Shown: positions 39,798 to 50,406, numbered from the stretch's first letter. The stretch is 64,000 bases of DNA from an uncultured Gammaproteobacteria bacterium (GCA_964522405.1 CAZFTR010000002.1:72032-136031), one strand, 5' to 3'. Notes: a model not told the origin generated them from the sequence alone. Numbers and translations are program-made.

Positions 39798-40577
39798 ATG
39801 AAAGATTTTTTAAGAAGTATTATAAAAGAAGCTGGAGCTCTTTCTGTTGAGTATTTTCGCAAAGGTGTAACTCATGAGACTAAGAGTAATTTGAGTGATT
39901 TGTTAACTGAGGCAGATGTGGCAGTTAGCGAGCTTTTGGTAGAAAAAATTCATACAAAATATCCAGACCATCATATCTATAGTGAAGAGTTGGAAGAAGA
40001 TATCAATCCGGGAGCAGAATTTCGTTGGGTAATAGACCCAATTGATGGGACTAGAAATTTTGCTATGGGTCTGCCACTTTTTTGTCAAATTGTGGCTATT
40101 CAACAAAATGAAGAAATAATCCTAGGTGCAGTTTACAATCCTATTGCAGGAGAGTTATTTTTTGCAGAAAAAGGAAAAGGAGCAAGTATGAATGGGATGC
40201 CAATTTCAGTGGATAAAAAGGAAACACTAGATTATACAGCTGGATCATTTGGAGCTTATTCTCAGGAGAGTGATGTTTATGGATCTCATTTAGAGCTTTT
40301 TAAAAAAGTTAAGCATAGATTAATTGATGAAACAACCATGTGGAATCATATGTTCGGTTGTATGATTGCCGGTTGTCAGGTGGCCAGTGGAGGATTTAGT
40401 TATTTTGTGCAAAATGCCGGACTTGATCATGATTATATTGCCGCAGCACTTATTTGTCGCGAAGCAGGAGCAAAAGTAACAGACAGTGATGGAAATGATT
40501 GGATGCCAGGAAGGCAAGATATAATAATTGCCAATCCAGTTTTGCATGAACAAATTATGAAGTTTTTTAAGGAATAG
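39798..40577 (+). CDS. Inositol monophosphatase family protein
   Basis: TEAD, SEE, WVIDPIDGTRNF, EAGAKVTD. Confidence 0.9.
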   Translation: MKDFLRSIIKEAGALSVEYFRKGVTHETKSNLSDLLTEADVAVSELLVEKIHTKYPDHHIYSEELEEDINPGAEFRWVIDPIDGTRNFAMGLPLFCQIVAIQQNEEIILGAVYNPIAGELFFAEKGKGASMNGMPISVDKKETLDYTAGSFGAYSQESDVYGSHLELFKKVKHRLIDETTMWNHMFGCMIAGCQVASGGFSYFVQNAGLDHDYIAAALICREAGAKVTDSDGNDWMPGRQDIIIANPVLHEQIMKFFKE

Positions 40578-40582
40578 TTTCT

Positions 40583-43411
40583 ATGAAAACCTACAAAGAA
40601 TTTTTAGAAAATGGCGGAGAAAAAAAATGGCAAGCAATTTGGGAGGAGAGAGAGCTTTTCAAAACTCCGGCAGACGCAACTTCTGAAAACAAGATGTACA
40701 TACTTCCACAGCTTCCATATCCATCAGGAAGCGGTCTTCATGTAGGTCATGCTGAAGTTTATACTGCATGTGATATCTATTCTCGTTATCAGCGCATGAA
40801 AGGCAAAAAAGTTTTGCAGGTTTTTGGACTTGACTCTTTTGGTTTGCCCGCAGAAAATTATGCAATCAAGACAGGGGTTCATCCCAAGCAAACCATTGAT
40901 CAAACCGGAGAAAATTTTGTTTCCCAAGTAAAAGATTTGGGAATTTCAGTAGACTGGGATAGATTTGTGCGTACCAGTGATGCGGATTATTATAAGTGGA
41001 CTCAATGGTTTTTCTTGTTGATGTACAAACGAGGATTGGCATATAGAAAAAAGCAGGCAGTAAATTGGTGTGAAAGTTGTAAAACAGTTTTGGCCAATGA
41101 GCAAGTTGTAGAAGGAAACTGTGAAAGATGTGACACAACTGTTGAGCAAAAACAAATGGAACAGTGGTATTTGCGTATTACTGAATATGCTGATCGTCTT
41201 CTTGAGGGTTTGGAAAATATTGATTGGCCAGAAGAAACCAAAAAGCGCCAAGCAGATTGGATTGGAAGAAGTGAGGGCGCTGAAATAGATTTTGCGATTT
41301 TTGGTTCAGAGCAAAAAATAAAAGTATTTACCACTAGACAAGATACTTTATTTGGTGCAACCTATATGGTTTTGGCGCCAGAACATGGTTTAGTTCAAGA
41401 ATTAAAAGAAAAAATCGAAAATTTTGAAGAAGTTCAAAAATATATAGACAAAACCAAAAAGAAAACAGATCTAGAGCGACAAATAGAACAGGAAAAAACA
41501 GGAATAGAGCTAAAAGGTCTAAAAGCTATAAATCCGGTAAATGGAGAGGAAATTCCAGTTTGGATTGCTGATTATGTACTCATGGGCTATGGAACCGGAG
41601 CAATTATGGCAGTTCCGGCGCATGATGATCGGGATTATGAATTTGCTAGTAAGTTTGGGATTGAAATTAGAGAGGTTGTTGCAAAGAGGTTTGGAGAGCC
41701 GGTTGAGGGGGCAGAGCATAGAGACTGTGTTTTTGGAGTTGTGGTAAGGAATGAAAAAATTCTTGTTTTGTATGATAAAGAAAATAATGAGTATCGTTTG
41801 CCTGGAGGTGGGTATGATGGAGAAGATGAAATCAAGGCTCTTGAACGAGAGTTGATTGAGGAGTCAGGTTATACAGATTTTGAAATTGGAGATTGTTTAG
41901 GAACAATAAATAGTCATTTTTATGCAGTTTTGAAAAAGGTGCAGAGATCAAAATTTTCAAGAGCATATGTGATCAATGTTAAATCAGACAATCAGCAGCA
42001 GGTTTCAGATGAAGATGCAGTTTACGAAATAAAATGGTTAGAGCCGGAAAAAGCTTTTTCGGCCTTAGAAGGAAACAAGGAAGACGCTGGAGAATACGAG
42101 TTTGTAAAAAGATATATTGAAAAAAGCAATTTCCACAATGACAATGGTGTAATGATAAATTCAGATTTTCTAAATGAATTAACAGTATCAGAAGCAAAAG
42201 AAAAAGCACTTGATTGGCTGGAAGAAAAAAAACTTGGAAATAGAAAAGTGCAGTATAAACTTCGAGATTGGTCAGTTTCGAGGCAGAGGTTTTGGGGTGC
42301 GCCGATTCCGATGCTTTATGATGAAAAGGGTGAGCTACAACCAGTACTAGAGGGGGATTTGCCGGTTATATTACCAGACGACGTAGATTTCAAACCAACA
42401 GGGGAGTCTCCACTTAATTACTCAAAATCTTTTAATGATGGAGTAGAAGAGAAATATGGAAAAGGCTGGAAACGAGAACCAGACACACTTGATACATTTA
42501 TGTGCTCAAGCTGGTATTTTTTCCGATATTTGGACCCAAAAAATGAAACAGAATTTGCCTCACCAGAAGCTCTCAAAAAATGGATGCCAGTGGATTTTTA
42601 TCTTGGTGGTCCAGAACATGTCAATGGGCATTTACTCTATGCTAGATTTTTCACCAAGGTCTTATTTGACGCTGGGTATATAGATTTTGATGAGCCTTTC
42701 AAAGTAAATAGACATCAAGGATTGATTTTAGGAGAAGATGGTAGAAAAATGAGTAAGAGATGGAATAATGTGGTAAATCCAAGTGATGTGGTTTCTGAAT
42801 TTGGAGCTGACACCTGTCGTATGTATGAGATGTTTATGGGGCCACTTGAAGATGATAAGCCGTGGAATATGAATGGTGTGAAGGGGATTAGTAGGTTTTT
42901 GGAGAGAGTGTGGAGATTGCAAGAAAAAGTTCAAGATTCTGTTTCAGATGAAAATCTAGAAAAATTAGTAAATAAAACAATTAAAAAAGTTGGTGAAGAT
43001 CTCTCAGCTCTTGGCTTTAATACTGCAATTGCAAAATTAATGGAGCTTTCAAATGCGTTTGGAAAAGCAGAGAGTATTTCAAAAGAAAATTTCAAAGTAT
43101 TTATCAAAATGCTTTCTCCATTTGCTCCTCATGTCTCAGAAGAACTTTGGAGTGATCTCGGTCATGAAAGTTCATTAATTCTCGAAACATGGCCAAAATA
43201 TGATGAATCAAAAATTATAGAAGAAAAACTAACCCTAGCAGTTCAAGTAAACGGAAAAGTTCGAGCAAATATCGAAATTGACGCAGAAGAAAACGAAGAG
43301 AAAATAAAAGAATTGGCTCTAAACCAGGAAAACGTTCAAAAATGGCTGGAAGGAAAAGAACCAAAGAAAGTAATCTATGTAAAAGGACGTTTGGTTAGTG
43401 TGGTAGTTTAA
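40583..43411 (+). CDS. leuS: Leucine--tRNA ligase with inserted Nudix domain
   Basis: PYPSGSGLHVGH, GTGAIMAVPAHD, DWSVSRQRFWG, KMSKR; Nudix box insert. Confidence 0.96.
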   Translation: MKTYKEFLENGGEKKWQAIWEERELFKTPADATSENKMYILPQLPYPSGSGLHVGHAEVYTACDIYSRYQRMKGKKVLQVFGLDSFGLPAENYAIKTGVHPKQTIDQTGENFVSQVKDLGISVDWDRFVRTSDADYYKWTQWFFLLMYKRGLAYRKKQAVNWCESCKTVLANEQVVEGNCERCDTTVEQKQMEQWYLRITEYADRLLEGLENIDWPEETKKRQADWIGRSEGAEIDFAIFGSEQKIKVFTTRQDTLFGATYMVLAPEHGLVQELKEKIENFEEVQKYIDKTKKKTDLERQIEQEKTGIELKGLKAINPVNGEEIPVWIADYVLMGYGTGAIMAVPAHDDRDYEFASKFGIEIREVVAKRFGEPVEGAEHRDCVFGVVVRNEKILVLYDKENNEYRLPGGGYDGEDEIKALERELIEESGYTDFEIGDCLGTINSHFYAVLKKVQRSKFSRAYVINVKSDNQQQVSDEDAVYEIKWLEPEKAFSALEGNKEDAGEYEFVKRYIEKSNFHNDNGVMINSDFLNELTVSEAKEKALDWLEEKKLGNRKVQYKLRDWSVSRQRFWGAPIPMLYDEKGELQPVLEGDLPVILPDDVDFKPTGESPLNYSKSFNDGVEEKYGKGWKREPDTLDTFMCSSWYFFRYLDPKNETEFASPEALKKWMPVDFYLGGPEHVNGHLLYARFFTKVLFDAGYIDFDEPFKVNRHQGLILGEDGRKMSKRWNNVVNPSDVVSEFGADTCRMYEMFMGPLEDDKPWNMNGVKGISRFLERVWRLQEKVQDSVSDENLEKLVNKTIKKVGEDLSALGFNTAIAKLMELSNAFGKAESISKENFKVFIKMLSPFAPHVSEELWSDLGHESSLILETWPKYDESKIIEEKLTLAVQVNGKVRANIEIDAEENEEKIKELALNQENVQKWLEGKEPKKVIYVKGRLVSVVV

Positions 43412-43446
43412 CAAAAATTTAACCTGCTTTTTGCTATCATGTATGC

Positions 43447-44985
43447 ATGAAGCTTGAACAGGGTTTGAAAAAGATAATTAGTTCCCCAAGCAAGGCATTT
43501 TCAGTGCTTTGCTTTTGTTTTCTGCTCGGAGTAGCTTTTATTTCGATTTTAGATTTTAAGCTGAAGTTTTTTCACGCCTATATTTGTTTTTTTACAATTA
43601 TTTCATCTTTGTTTTTGTTTTGGAATAAAAAACAAATAAGATTTTCATTATTTTGCGTATTTTTATTTGTTTTTGGGATTATCAGATATGCTTTAGCATT
43701 TCCAATTAATCAAAATCATATTTCTAAGTATATAGATCAGAAAATTAGTTTTATTGGAATTATTACTGCTGAACCTGATGTGCGTATGGATGGAGTTAGA
43801 TACATTATTGAAAGCAGAGAGGTTTTGGAAGAGGAATCAAGTAAGAAATCAAAAGGACGAGTATATATAAAAGAAAAACTGTATCCGCGATACAGCTATG
43901 GTGATAAATTAGAAATTTTTTGCAGAATCCGGGAACCAGAACCAATTGAGGCAGATCCAGGATCAAAAGATAGAGATTTCCGCTATGATCGTTATCTGGC
44001 GCGTTTTGGAGTATTTGCAAATTGCCAAAATCCAAAAATAGAGGTTTTGGAAGCGAGTCGGGGGAATATGATCATGAGATCAATACTTTCTTTAAAAGAA
44101 ATAGTAGCCCGGAAAATAAACCAACTTTGGCATGAGCCCCACGCTAGTTTTATGGCAGGCTTGCTCTATGGTTATCGTGGAGGACTTGGAAGCTTGAATG
44201 AGCTTTTTAGTAGAACAGGAGTAACTCATATTGTTGCGATCTCTGGATACAATATTACAATTATTTCTACGATTTTGATCACAGTTTGTGTGCGACTTTT
44301 GATCCCTAGAAAAAAGGCTTTTTGGTTGATTGTTATTGGAATAATAGTTTTTCTTATTTTTGCCGGGCTTAGCGCCTCAGTTGTCCGAGCTGGAATTATG
44401 GGAATAATTGTTTTGATTGCAAAGCAGCTTGGTAGAGCAAGTCGAGTAGGAAATGTTATGTTACTTACAGCAGTTGTTATGACTCTGCACAATCCCTTTA
44501 TTCTTATTTGGGATGCAGGATTTCAATTATCTTTTATTTCAACTCTTGGGCTTGTTTATCTGACAAAATTTGTAGAAAAACCCTTTGAGAAATTACCGGA
44601 AATATTGGGAATAAAAGAATCAGTCCTTTCAACTTTGGCTGCTATTATTTCAACATTGCCGCTTATACTTTATCAGTTTGGGAGATTATCGATTGTCGCT
44701 CCAATTGTAAATGTGTTGATACTCTGGATTATTCCCTGGATTATGATTGTTGGTTTTTTTGGAGTTGTGGTTGGTTTTGTTTTTAAACCGATTGCAGTTT
44801 TACTTGCTTGGATTTCTCATGCAGGCATGGCATATATAATTTTGATTGTTAAATTTTTTGCTGGATTTAGTTTTGCAGCTGTGGATATGCGAGTTCCGAT
44901 TTGGTTTATGTTGGCTTCATACTTTGCAATGATTTGGTTTGTGATCAAATCAAAGAAATTAGAAAATAAAAAAAGCTCTGGATGA
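43447..44985 (+). CDS. comEC: ComEC/Rec2 competence channel (DUF4131 + Competence domain)
   Basis: GVTHIVAISGYN, SVVRAGIM, GFQLSF. Confidence 0.93.
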   Translation: MKLEQGLKKIISSPSKAFSVLCFCFLLGVAFISILDFKLKFFHAYICFFTIISSLFLFWNKKQIRFSLFCVFLFVFGIIRYALAFPINQNHISKYIDQKISFIGIITAEPDVRMDGVRYIIESREVLEEESSKKSKGRVYIKEKLYPRYSYGDKLEIFCRIREPEPIEADPGSKDRDFRYDRYLARFGVFANCQNPKIEVLEASRGNMIMRSILSLKEIVARKINQLWHEPHASFMAGLLYGYRGGLGSLNELFSRTGVTHIVAISGYNITIISTILITVCVRLLIPRKKAFWLIVIGIIVFLIFAGLSASVVRAGIMGIIVLIAKQLGRASRVGNVMLLTAVVMTLHNPFILIWDAGFQLSFISTLGLVYLTKFVEKPFEKLPEILGIKESVLSTLAAIISTLPLILYQFGRLSIVAPIVNVLILWIIPWIMIVGFFGVVVGFVFKPIAVLLAWISHAGMAYIILIVKFFAGFSFAAVDMRVPIWFMLASYFAMIWFVIKSKKLENKKSSG

Positions 44986-45280
44986 GCTTGGAATTAGTGC
45001 AGGAGTGATCTCGGGGCTCGCAGTGGCGCACTTCCGACCTTTTCTCGGTATGGGCGGCGGCTAATTGCCAGCCGGCCTCACCGTAAGGTGTTGGATAGTA
45101 CGCCACGCGAGCCCTCTAGTCAGATGCCGTGCATCTCGTTCTCCCCCTAATAGCCGCATGTGGCCCAGACGTAGTTTGGTTTCGTTGCCGTTTTGCCTCC
45201 GTGGTTTTGAAGTGGAGGTCTTGGCTCGAATTGGGCCGTCGTTGATTCTTCTGCTCGGCTATAAGCAGAAGAACCCGACG
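44968..45280 (-). ncRNA. Candidate multi-domain structured ncRNA of unknown class (GC-rich islet)
   Basis: TTGACA-17-TTTAAT promoter (45314-45286); many long helices; terminator aagctc-atcca-gagctttttt; no credible ORF. Confidence 0.6.
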
Positions 45281-45328
45281 CAAATATTAAATCATAAAAA
45301 AGATTTTTTGTCAAGATTATCACTCTCC

Positions 45329-46243
45329 ATGAAACAGATTTTTTACCTAAATTTAGCCATTTTTCTGCTATTTTCATCTGGTTTTTCATGTAAGAACTCT
45401 GATTTTGTGCAAAATCAAGGTAAAAAACAAGAAAAAGCACTAAAAATAACCTTTTTAGGTATTGGTCAGGGAGACGCCACACTTATAAAATTTCCAAATC
45501 AAGAACAAATGCTAGTAGATTGCGCGATTGACGCTCGAGTTATAGAAGCTCTGGGAAGAAATATGAAATTTCATGATAAAGTTATTGATTATCTACTCAT
45601 AACTCATCCAGATTCAGATCACTATGGAGGTTGTGTAGACGTGATAAATCGATTTGAAATAGGGCATATTATTTATAATGGATTTGAAAAACCATACAAT
45701 AGTTTTTGGCTTTCATTTATGGAAAGCATTGAAAGTGAAAGAAAAAAAGGCGCAAAGTATTCAATTATTGATAAACAAGAAAAATGGAATATTTCTGGAG
45801 TTGAAATAGATTTTCTTTATCCAGATCATGATTTGGCAGAAGATCCACTAGTTCCAGGAGAGAAAAAAACTAATAGTAATAATACTTCAATTACTTTGAT
45901 GATAAGTTATGGCAGAAATGATCTGTTGATAACTGGAGACGCAGAATTTGAACTTGAGAATTACTTAGTTGAAAAATACCAAGATCAGCTTGATGTCGAA
46001 ATTCTCAAAATCGGACATCATGGCAGTGACACATCTTCTATAAAAAAATTTTTAGAATTTACAACTCCGGAAATTTCAGTAATATCATCTGGAAAAGAAA
46101 ACCAGTATGGTCATCCTTCGCGAAGAGTTCTAAAAAGATTGCAAAGATTTGGCAGTGAGATCTGGCGAACAGACGCGCAAGGTGATATAATAGTAGAGAT
46201 ATATAAAAATGAAATTCATGTATCAAATAAAAAGGATTTTTAA
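45329..46243 (+). CDS. ComEC-type metallo-beta-lactamase domain protein (stand-alone)
   Basis: [32 protein letters not shown]; likely start MKQIFY. Confidence 0.9.
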   Translation: MKQIFYLNLAIFLLFSSGFSCKNSDFVQNQGKKQEKALKITFLGIGQGDATLIKFPNQEQMLVDCAIDARVIEALGRNMKFHDKVIDYLLITHPDSDHYGGCVDVINRFEIGHIIYNGFEKPYNSFWLSFMESIESERKKGAKYSIIDKQEKWNISGVEIDFLYPDHDLAEDPLVPGEKKTNSNNTSITLMISYGRNDLLITGDAEFELENYLVEKYQDQLDVEILKIGHHGSDTSSIKKFLEFTTPEISVISSGKENQYGHPSRRVLKRLQRFGSEIWRTDAQGDIIVEIYKNEIHVSNKKDF

Positions 46244-47648
46244 AATTTCTTTGGTAGTGTTTTTTGCATTACTATTTTTTGCTATACCGGTAAAAGCTGA
46301 ATTTAATTTTGTGATCAATCAAGGTGTTTGGATGTCAGACAGTAGTGCTTTTGCAGGAGACAAGGTTAAACTATATACAGTAGTTATAAATAATGAATTT
46401 CAAACTCTTTTTGCAGATCTAAATTTTTATAATAATGGAGATTTGATCGGAGTGGCCAAAGCCGATGGAGTTAAATATGAAGAAGCTCGACAGGTTTGGA
46501 TTGAATATACTTTGCCAGAAGGTGACCTAAATATTGAGGCAAGATTGGCAAATGTTTCAGTTGAAGAAATTTCCGGAAATACATTGCCGGTAAATGATGA
46601 TGACCTGGGTGGTTCATCAGTAAAATCCAGTTATGAAATAGACCTGGATACAGACGGCGATGATGTTGGAAACAAAGAAGACACAGATGATGATAATGAT
46701 GGACTTACTGACCAAAAAGAATCTGAAATCGGCACAGATCCGCTTAGTTCTGATTCAGATAGTGATGGTCTAAAAGATAAAACAGAAGTTGATCGGGGTC
46801 TGAATCCAAACAATCCTGATTCAGATGGAGATGGCCATTCCGATAGCAAAGACCTGTTTCCAAATAATAAAGGCGAGTGGAAAGATGCAGATGGCGATGG
46901 AATTGGAGACAATAGTGATAATGATGATGATAATGATGGGCTTAGTGATGATGAAGAGGAAAAGTTGGGGAGTGACCCGAACAATCCAGACTCAGATGGT
47001 GATGGTTTAAATGATGGAGAAGAAAAAGAACTTGGAAGTGATCCAACCAAAGCTGATTCAGATGGAGATGGTATAGATGATAAGGCTGAATTTGATCAAG
47101 GAACCAATCCTGCAGAATCAGATTCAGATGGAGATGGCCTTAGTGATGCCAAAGAAATCAATGAATTAAATACTGACCCGAATAATCCAGATTCAGATGG
47201 TGATGGTCTAAATGATGGAGAAGAATCAGAAAAAGGCACAGATCCACTAAAAGAAGATACAGACGGAGATGGTGCCAATGATCTGGTGGATATCTTTCCT
47301 TTGGATCCGGAAGAGTCAGTAGATACAGATCTCGATGGGATAGGAAATAACACAGACACAGACGATGATGGAGATGGTCTAAGTGACCAAGAAGAAAAAA
47401 ATATTGGTACCAATTTGCTTGAAGCAGATACAGACCAAGATGGGCTAGGAGATAAAGAAGAAAAAGATCTTGGAACAAATCCGACAGCATCTGACACAGA
47501 CGGAGACGGAGTAAATGATGGAAAAGACAAAGAGCCCTTAATTCCACAAAAGAATTTATTGAAGAAAATCATGATCGGCGCGGCAATCCTTTCATTTTTA
47601 CTGTTTTTAGTATTTTCAGTTTTGTATAGTCAGAAGATAAAAGAATAG
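46209..47648 (+). CDS. Surface protein with Ig-like N-domain and many DxDxDG (thrombospondin type 3-like) Ca-binding repeats
   Basis: Signal peptide, repeated DSDGDGLxD...GTDP units, C-terminal TM plus basic tail. Confidence 0.85.
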   Translation: MKFMYQIKRIFKISLVVFFALLFFAIPVKAEFNFVINQGVWMSDSSAFAGDKVKLYTVVINNEFQTLFADLNFYNNGDLIGVAKADGVKYEEARQVWIEYTLPEGDLNIEARLANVSVEEISGNTLPVNDDDLGGSSVKSSYEIDLDTDGDDVGNKEDTDDDNDGLTDQKESEIGTDPLSSDSDSDGLKDKTEVDRGLNPNNPDSDGDGHSDSKDLFPNNKGEWKDADGDGIGDNSDNDDDNDGLSDDEEEKLGSDPNNPDSDGDGLNDGEEKELGSDPTKADSDGDGIDDKAEFDQGTNPAESDSDGDGLSDAKEINELNTDPNNPDSDGDGLNDGEESEKGTDPLKEDTDGDGANDLVDIFPLDPEESVDTDLDGIGNNTDTDDDGDGLSDQEEKNIGTNLLEADTDQDGLGDKEEKDLGTNPTASDTDGDGVNDGKDKEPLIPQKNLLKKIMIGAAILSFLLFLVFSVLYSQKIKE

Positions 47649-47717
47649 TTAGGTTTTGATGATTTGTACTAGCTTCAGGCTAAGAAAGAGGTGTAATTGT
47701 ACCATTCTTGATAGTTA

Positions 47718-47915
47718 TTTATCTGCAAATATCATATAAAATGTAACGTCAAGTGATCAATTTAATTTGCTAATTTGGTTATTTCTGTAGAGCAGAGCGA
47801 TATTTTATCTGTATATATCATATAAAATGTAACGTTAGGCGATCAATTTAATTCGGTGATTGGATTGTTTCTGTAGAGCCGAGTGTAATTTTATATGATA
47901 TATACAGATAAAATA
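47718..47915. repeat. 86-bp tandem duplication plus perfect 28-bp inverted repeat (MITE-like)
   Basis: atcatataaaatgtaacg at 47731 and 47817; 47801-47828 is the exact reverse complement of 47888-47915. Confidence 0.85.
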
Positions 47916-47986
47916 CACAGAACAGACAGTCAACAATTTTTTCAAAGTAACATATAGTTTAGTTTTGTGTTATACTTAGACATACT

Positions 47987-49126
47987 ATGGCATTATTTGG
48001 CAAAAAAACAGAATCATACTTAGGTGTGGATATTGGCGCGCATGGAATCAAGTTGGTTGAGCTTCGAAAAACCAAAGATCGTCCACAATTGTGGACCTAT
48101 GGAATAGTAGAAAGAGAACTGGATATACATATTTCAGCAAAAGGTGAAAAGCAAATAGGTGAATTATTGGAAGAGAAAACAGGAGTTAGTCCGCTCGAAC
48201 CAAAAGAAGAAGATCTGGATAAATCATTTTTTCAGGATAAGAGAATAGACGAGTACGCAGAGCTTCTAAAGGTATTGATGAAAGATGCAAAAGTTCAAAC
48301 CAACCGAGCAACTTCAAGTTTGCCGGTTTCTCAGGTTTTTCATACCATTATAAATTTTCCAAAAATTGAAAAAAAAGAAATAGATGAAATTGTTCATGCT
48401 GAGATAGATAAGCTCTTGCCTCGCTCAGTAGATGATATGCAGGTTGTTTATCAGCCAGTGCCTATGAGTGAAGAAGAGGAAAAAAGATATACCCGTTTGT
48501 TGGTCACAGCTGCGCCAAAAGAACTTGTTGCATTTTATACTTCAATTTTTAACAAGGCAGGACTTCAGCTCTATGAACTGGAAACTGAAGCCTTTGCCCT
48601 TGCTCGCTCATTGGTGGGAATAGACAAATCAGTATCAATTTTAATTGATATAGGAGCAGAAAGAACCAATTTTTTTATAGTGGATAGCGGATTACCAGTG
48701 ACACATAGAAGTATTCAGATTGGCGGAAATAATTTTGATGAGCTCATGGCCAGAAATCTGGCAATTCAGATTGACGACGTAAAGCAATTAAAACATGATA
48801 TATCTCGTTTTGGAAATGGAAATGTTGATATTGAGCCTTTTTTATCACTTCTGGATCCTATAGCAAAGGAAATTCAGTATAATTTTGATATTTATTTAAG
48901 ACAAGCAGGAAATCAAGGAAAAAGACCGGAGAAGATTATATTAACCGGAGGATCTTCTCTTTTTCCACCAATAAAAGCATACTTAAAAGACCTTTTTCCT
49001 TTGAAAGTTTTTGTTGGTGATCCTTGGGCAAGGGTTATTTACCAGGATGGTTTAAAAGACATTTTGGATGAAATTGGTCCGAGAATGGCGGTAAGTATTG
49101 GACTTGCTTTGAGAAATTTTAAATAG
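47987..49126 (+). CDS. pilM: Type IV pilus assembly protein PilM
   Basis: LGVDIG..IKLVEL, IDIGAERT, IILTGGSS, AVSIGLALR. Confidence 0.92.
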   Translation: MALFGKKTESYLGVDIGAHGIKLVELRKTKDRPQLWTYGIVERELDIHISAKGEKQIGELLEEKTGVSPLEPKEEDLDKSFFQDKRIDEYAELLKVLMKDAKVQTNRATSSLPVSQVFHTIINFPKIEKKEIDEIVHAEIDKLLPRSVDDMQVVYQPVPMSEEEEKRYTRLLVTAAPKELVAFYTSIFNKAGLQLYELETEAFALARSLVGIDKSVSILIDIGAERTNFFIVDSGLPVTHRSIQIGGNNFDELMARNLAIQIDDVKQLKHDISRFGNGNVDIEPFLSLLDPIAKEIQYNFDIYLRQAGNQGKRPEKIILTGGSSLFPPIKAYLKDLFPLKVFVGDPWARVIYQDGLKDILDEIGPRMAVSIGLALRNFK

Positions 49127-49160
49127 TTTTTTTATATTTAGTTACCAATTTTTGTTGTTT

Positions 49161-49300
49161 AGGGTTCATGTCATGAAGGCAGATGAGACAATCCGCAGCT
49201 CCCTTGCTTATGTCCCTGAAAGTGGGTGCCGTGTGAGTGCTGAAAGCAGATCAGCAAGAGAGGCGAGGACGGCGAAGCTGTCTTTATGACATGAAGCTCT
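49161..49300 (+). ncRNA. Candidate 140-nt structured RNA
   Basis: ~22-bp closing helix with G-U pairs on the + strand, inner cttgct/agcaag helix, GAAA-containing loops. Confidence 0.5.
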
Positions 49301-49439
49301 GTATATGGAATCAATTTATAATCATATTTAAAAAAGGGTAATCAATTTCCTATCCACAAAGATTTAATTCACAAAGATCTATATCTGGCGTATAATGGAA
49401 AATGGTACTTGATATAAAAAGGTACAATTAATAATTAAT

Positions 49440-49820
49440 ATGGCAAAAGATAAGAAAACCCATATAGTATTAGTCGAGGATGATCGTTTTCTAGCTAATA
49501 TCTATAAAACAAAATTTGAAATGGAGGGTTTTAAAGTTACAGTTGAAGAAAATGGAGAGTCTGGTCTGGCTGAAATTATCAAGAAAAAACCAGACGTAGT
49601 TCTTTTGGATATTCTTCTCCCCAAGATGGATGGATTTACAGTCTTGGAAAAATTAAAAGCAGAAAGTAAAACAAAAGATATCCCGGTTATTTTGTTGACA
49701 AATTTGGGTCAAAAAGATGATGTGGATAAAGGGCTTGAAATGGGGGCTGTAGATTATTTGATAAAAGCCCATTTCAAACCATCAGAAACTGTAGAAAAAG
49801 TAAAAAAAGTATTAGTATAA
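49440..49820 (+). CDS. Single-domain response regulator (receiver)
   Basis: LVEDD, LLDILLPKMDG, LLTN, YLIK. Confidence 0.93.
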   Translation: MAKDKKTHIVLVEDDRFLANIYKTKFEMEGFKVTVEENGESGLAEIIKKKPDVVLLDILLPKMDGFTVLEKLKAESKTKDIPVILLTNLGQKDDVDKGLEMGAVDYLIKAHFKPSETVEKVKKVLV

Positions 49821-49860
49821 AAGATTTTATATATTTTCCCGCTTGAGGGGAGGTGATAAC

Positions 49861-50316
49861 ATGAAAAGATCTCTAACTCAAAATAAACAAGGTTTTACAT
49901 TGATTGAGCTTCTTGTTGTGATAGCGATCATTGCTCTTTTGTCAACTTTGGCTGTTGTGGCACTTGGTTCTGCACGTCAAAAGGCAAATGATGCTAAAAG
50001 GTTATCAGACATCAAGCAAATGCAAACAACTTTGGAGCTATATTACACAGACAATAATGCTTATCCGACAACAACTGCCCAGGGTATTACTCTTGGTTCT
50101 ACAAATGCGGCTTGTCTAAGTTCTGCCGGTTTTGCGGCAGCAGGTTGTGCAAATCCATATATGGGACAAGTTCCATCTGATCCAGGAAATAATAGTTATA
50201 CATATACAGCTACAGCCGGTACCACATATACTATTGTAGGTACACTTGAGGCTGGTGCAGCTAATCTGAACGCAGGTGCTGTACAAGCAACACCATCTGG
50301 AATTGCTAACCAGTAA
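49861..50316 (+). CDS. Type IV pilin / type II secretion pseudopilin
   Basis: QGFTLIELLVVIAII class III signal; GGAGGTGA SD; own terminator at ~50336-50365. Confidence 0.92.
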   Translation: MKRSLTQNKQGFTLIELLVVIAIIALLSTLAVVALGSARQKANDAKRLSDIKQMQTTLELYYTDNNAYPTTTAQGITLGSTNAACLSSAGFAAAGCANPYMGQVPSDPGNNSYTYTATAGTTYTIVGTLEAGAANLNAGAVQATPSGIANQ

Positions 50317-50406
50317 TTGGTGAAATATAGATTCAAAAATGCTCTCCCGCGCGGGGGCATTTTTGTTTTGGTGCATTATGCCGAGTGGGAGTATGTGGTA
50401 TAATAA

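Noticed and set aside
45065-45328. N-terminal extension of the ComEC MBL ORF
   Set aside because: Read-through of the GC-rich antisense RNA region; the signal-like start is at 45329
46631-47572. Ser/Pro-rich minus-strand ORFs
   Set aside because: Antisense shadows of the Asp/Gly repeat protein
47718-47915. Mini CRISPR array or attC (contains GTTAGGC)
   Set aside because: The spacer-like parts are themselves homologous, there are only two units, and the GTAAC/GTTAGGC words are adjacent rather than flanking a hairpin
49180-49285. Hammerhead ribozyme (cagatgag...cgaag)
   Set aside because: Core deviates from CUGANGA/GAAA and no stem III with a cleavage triplet is evident
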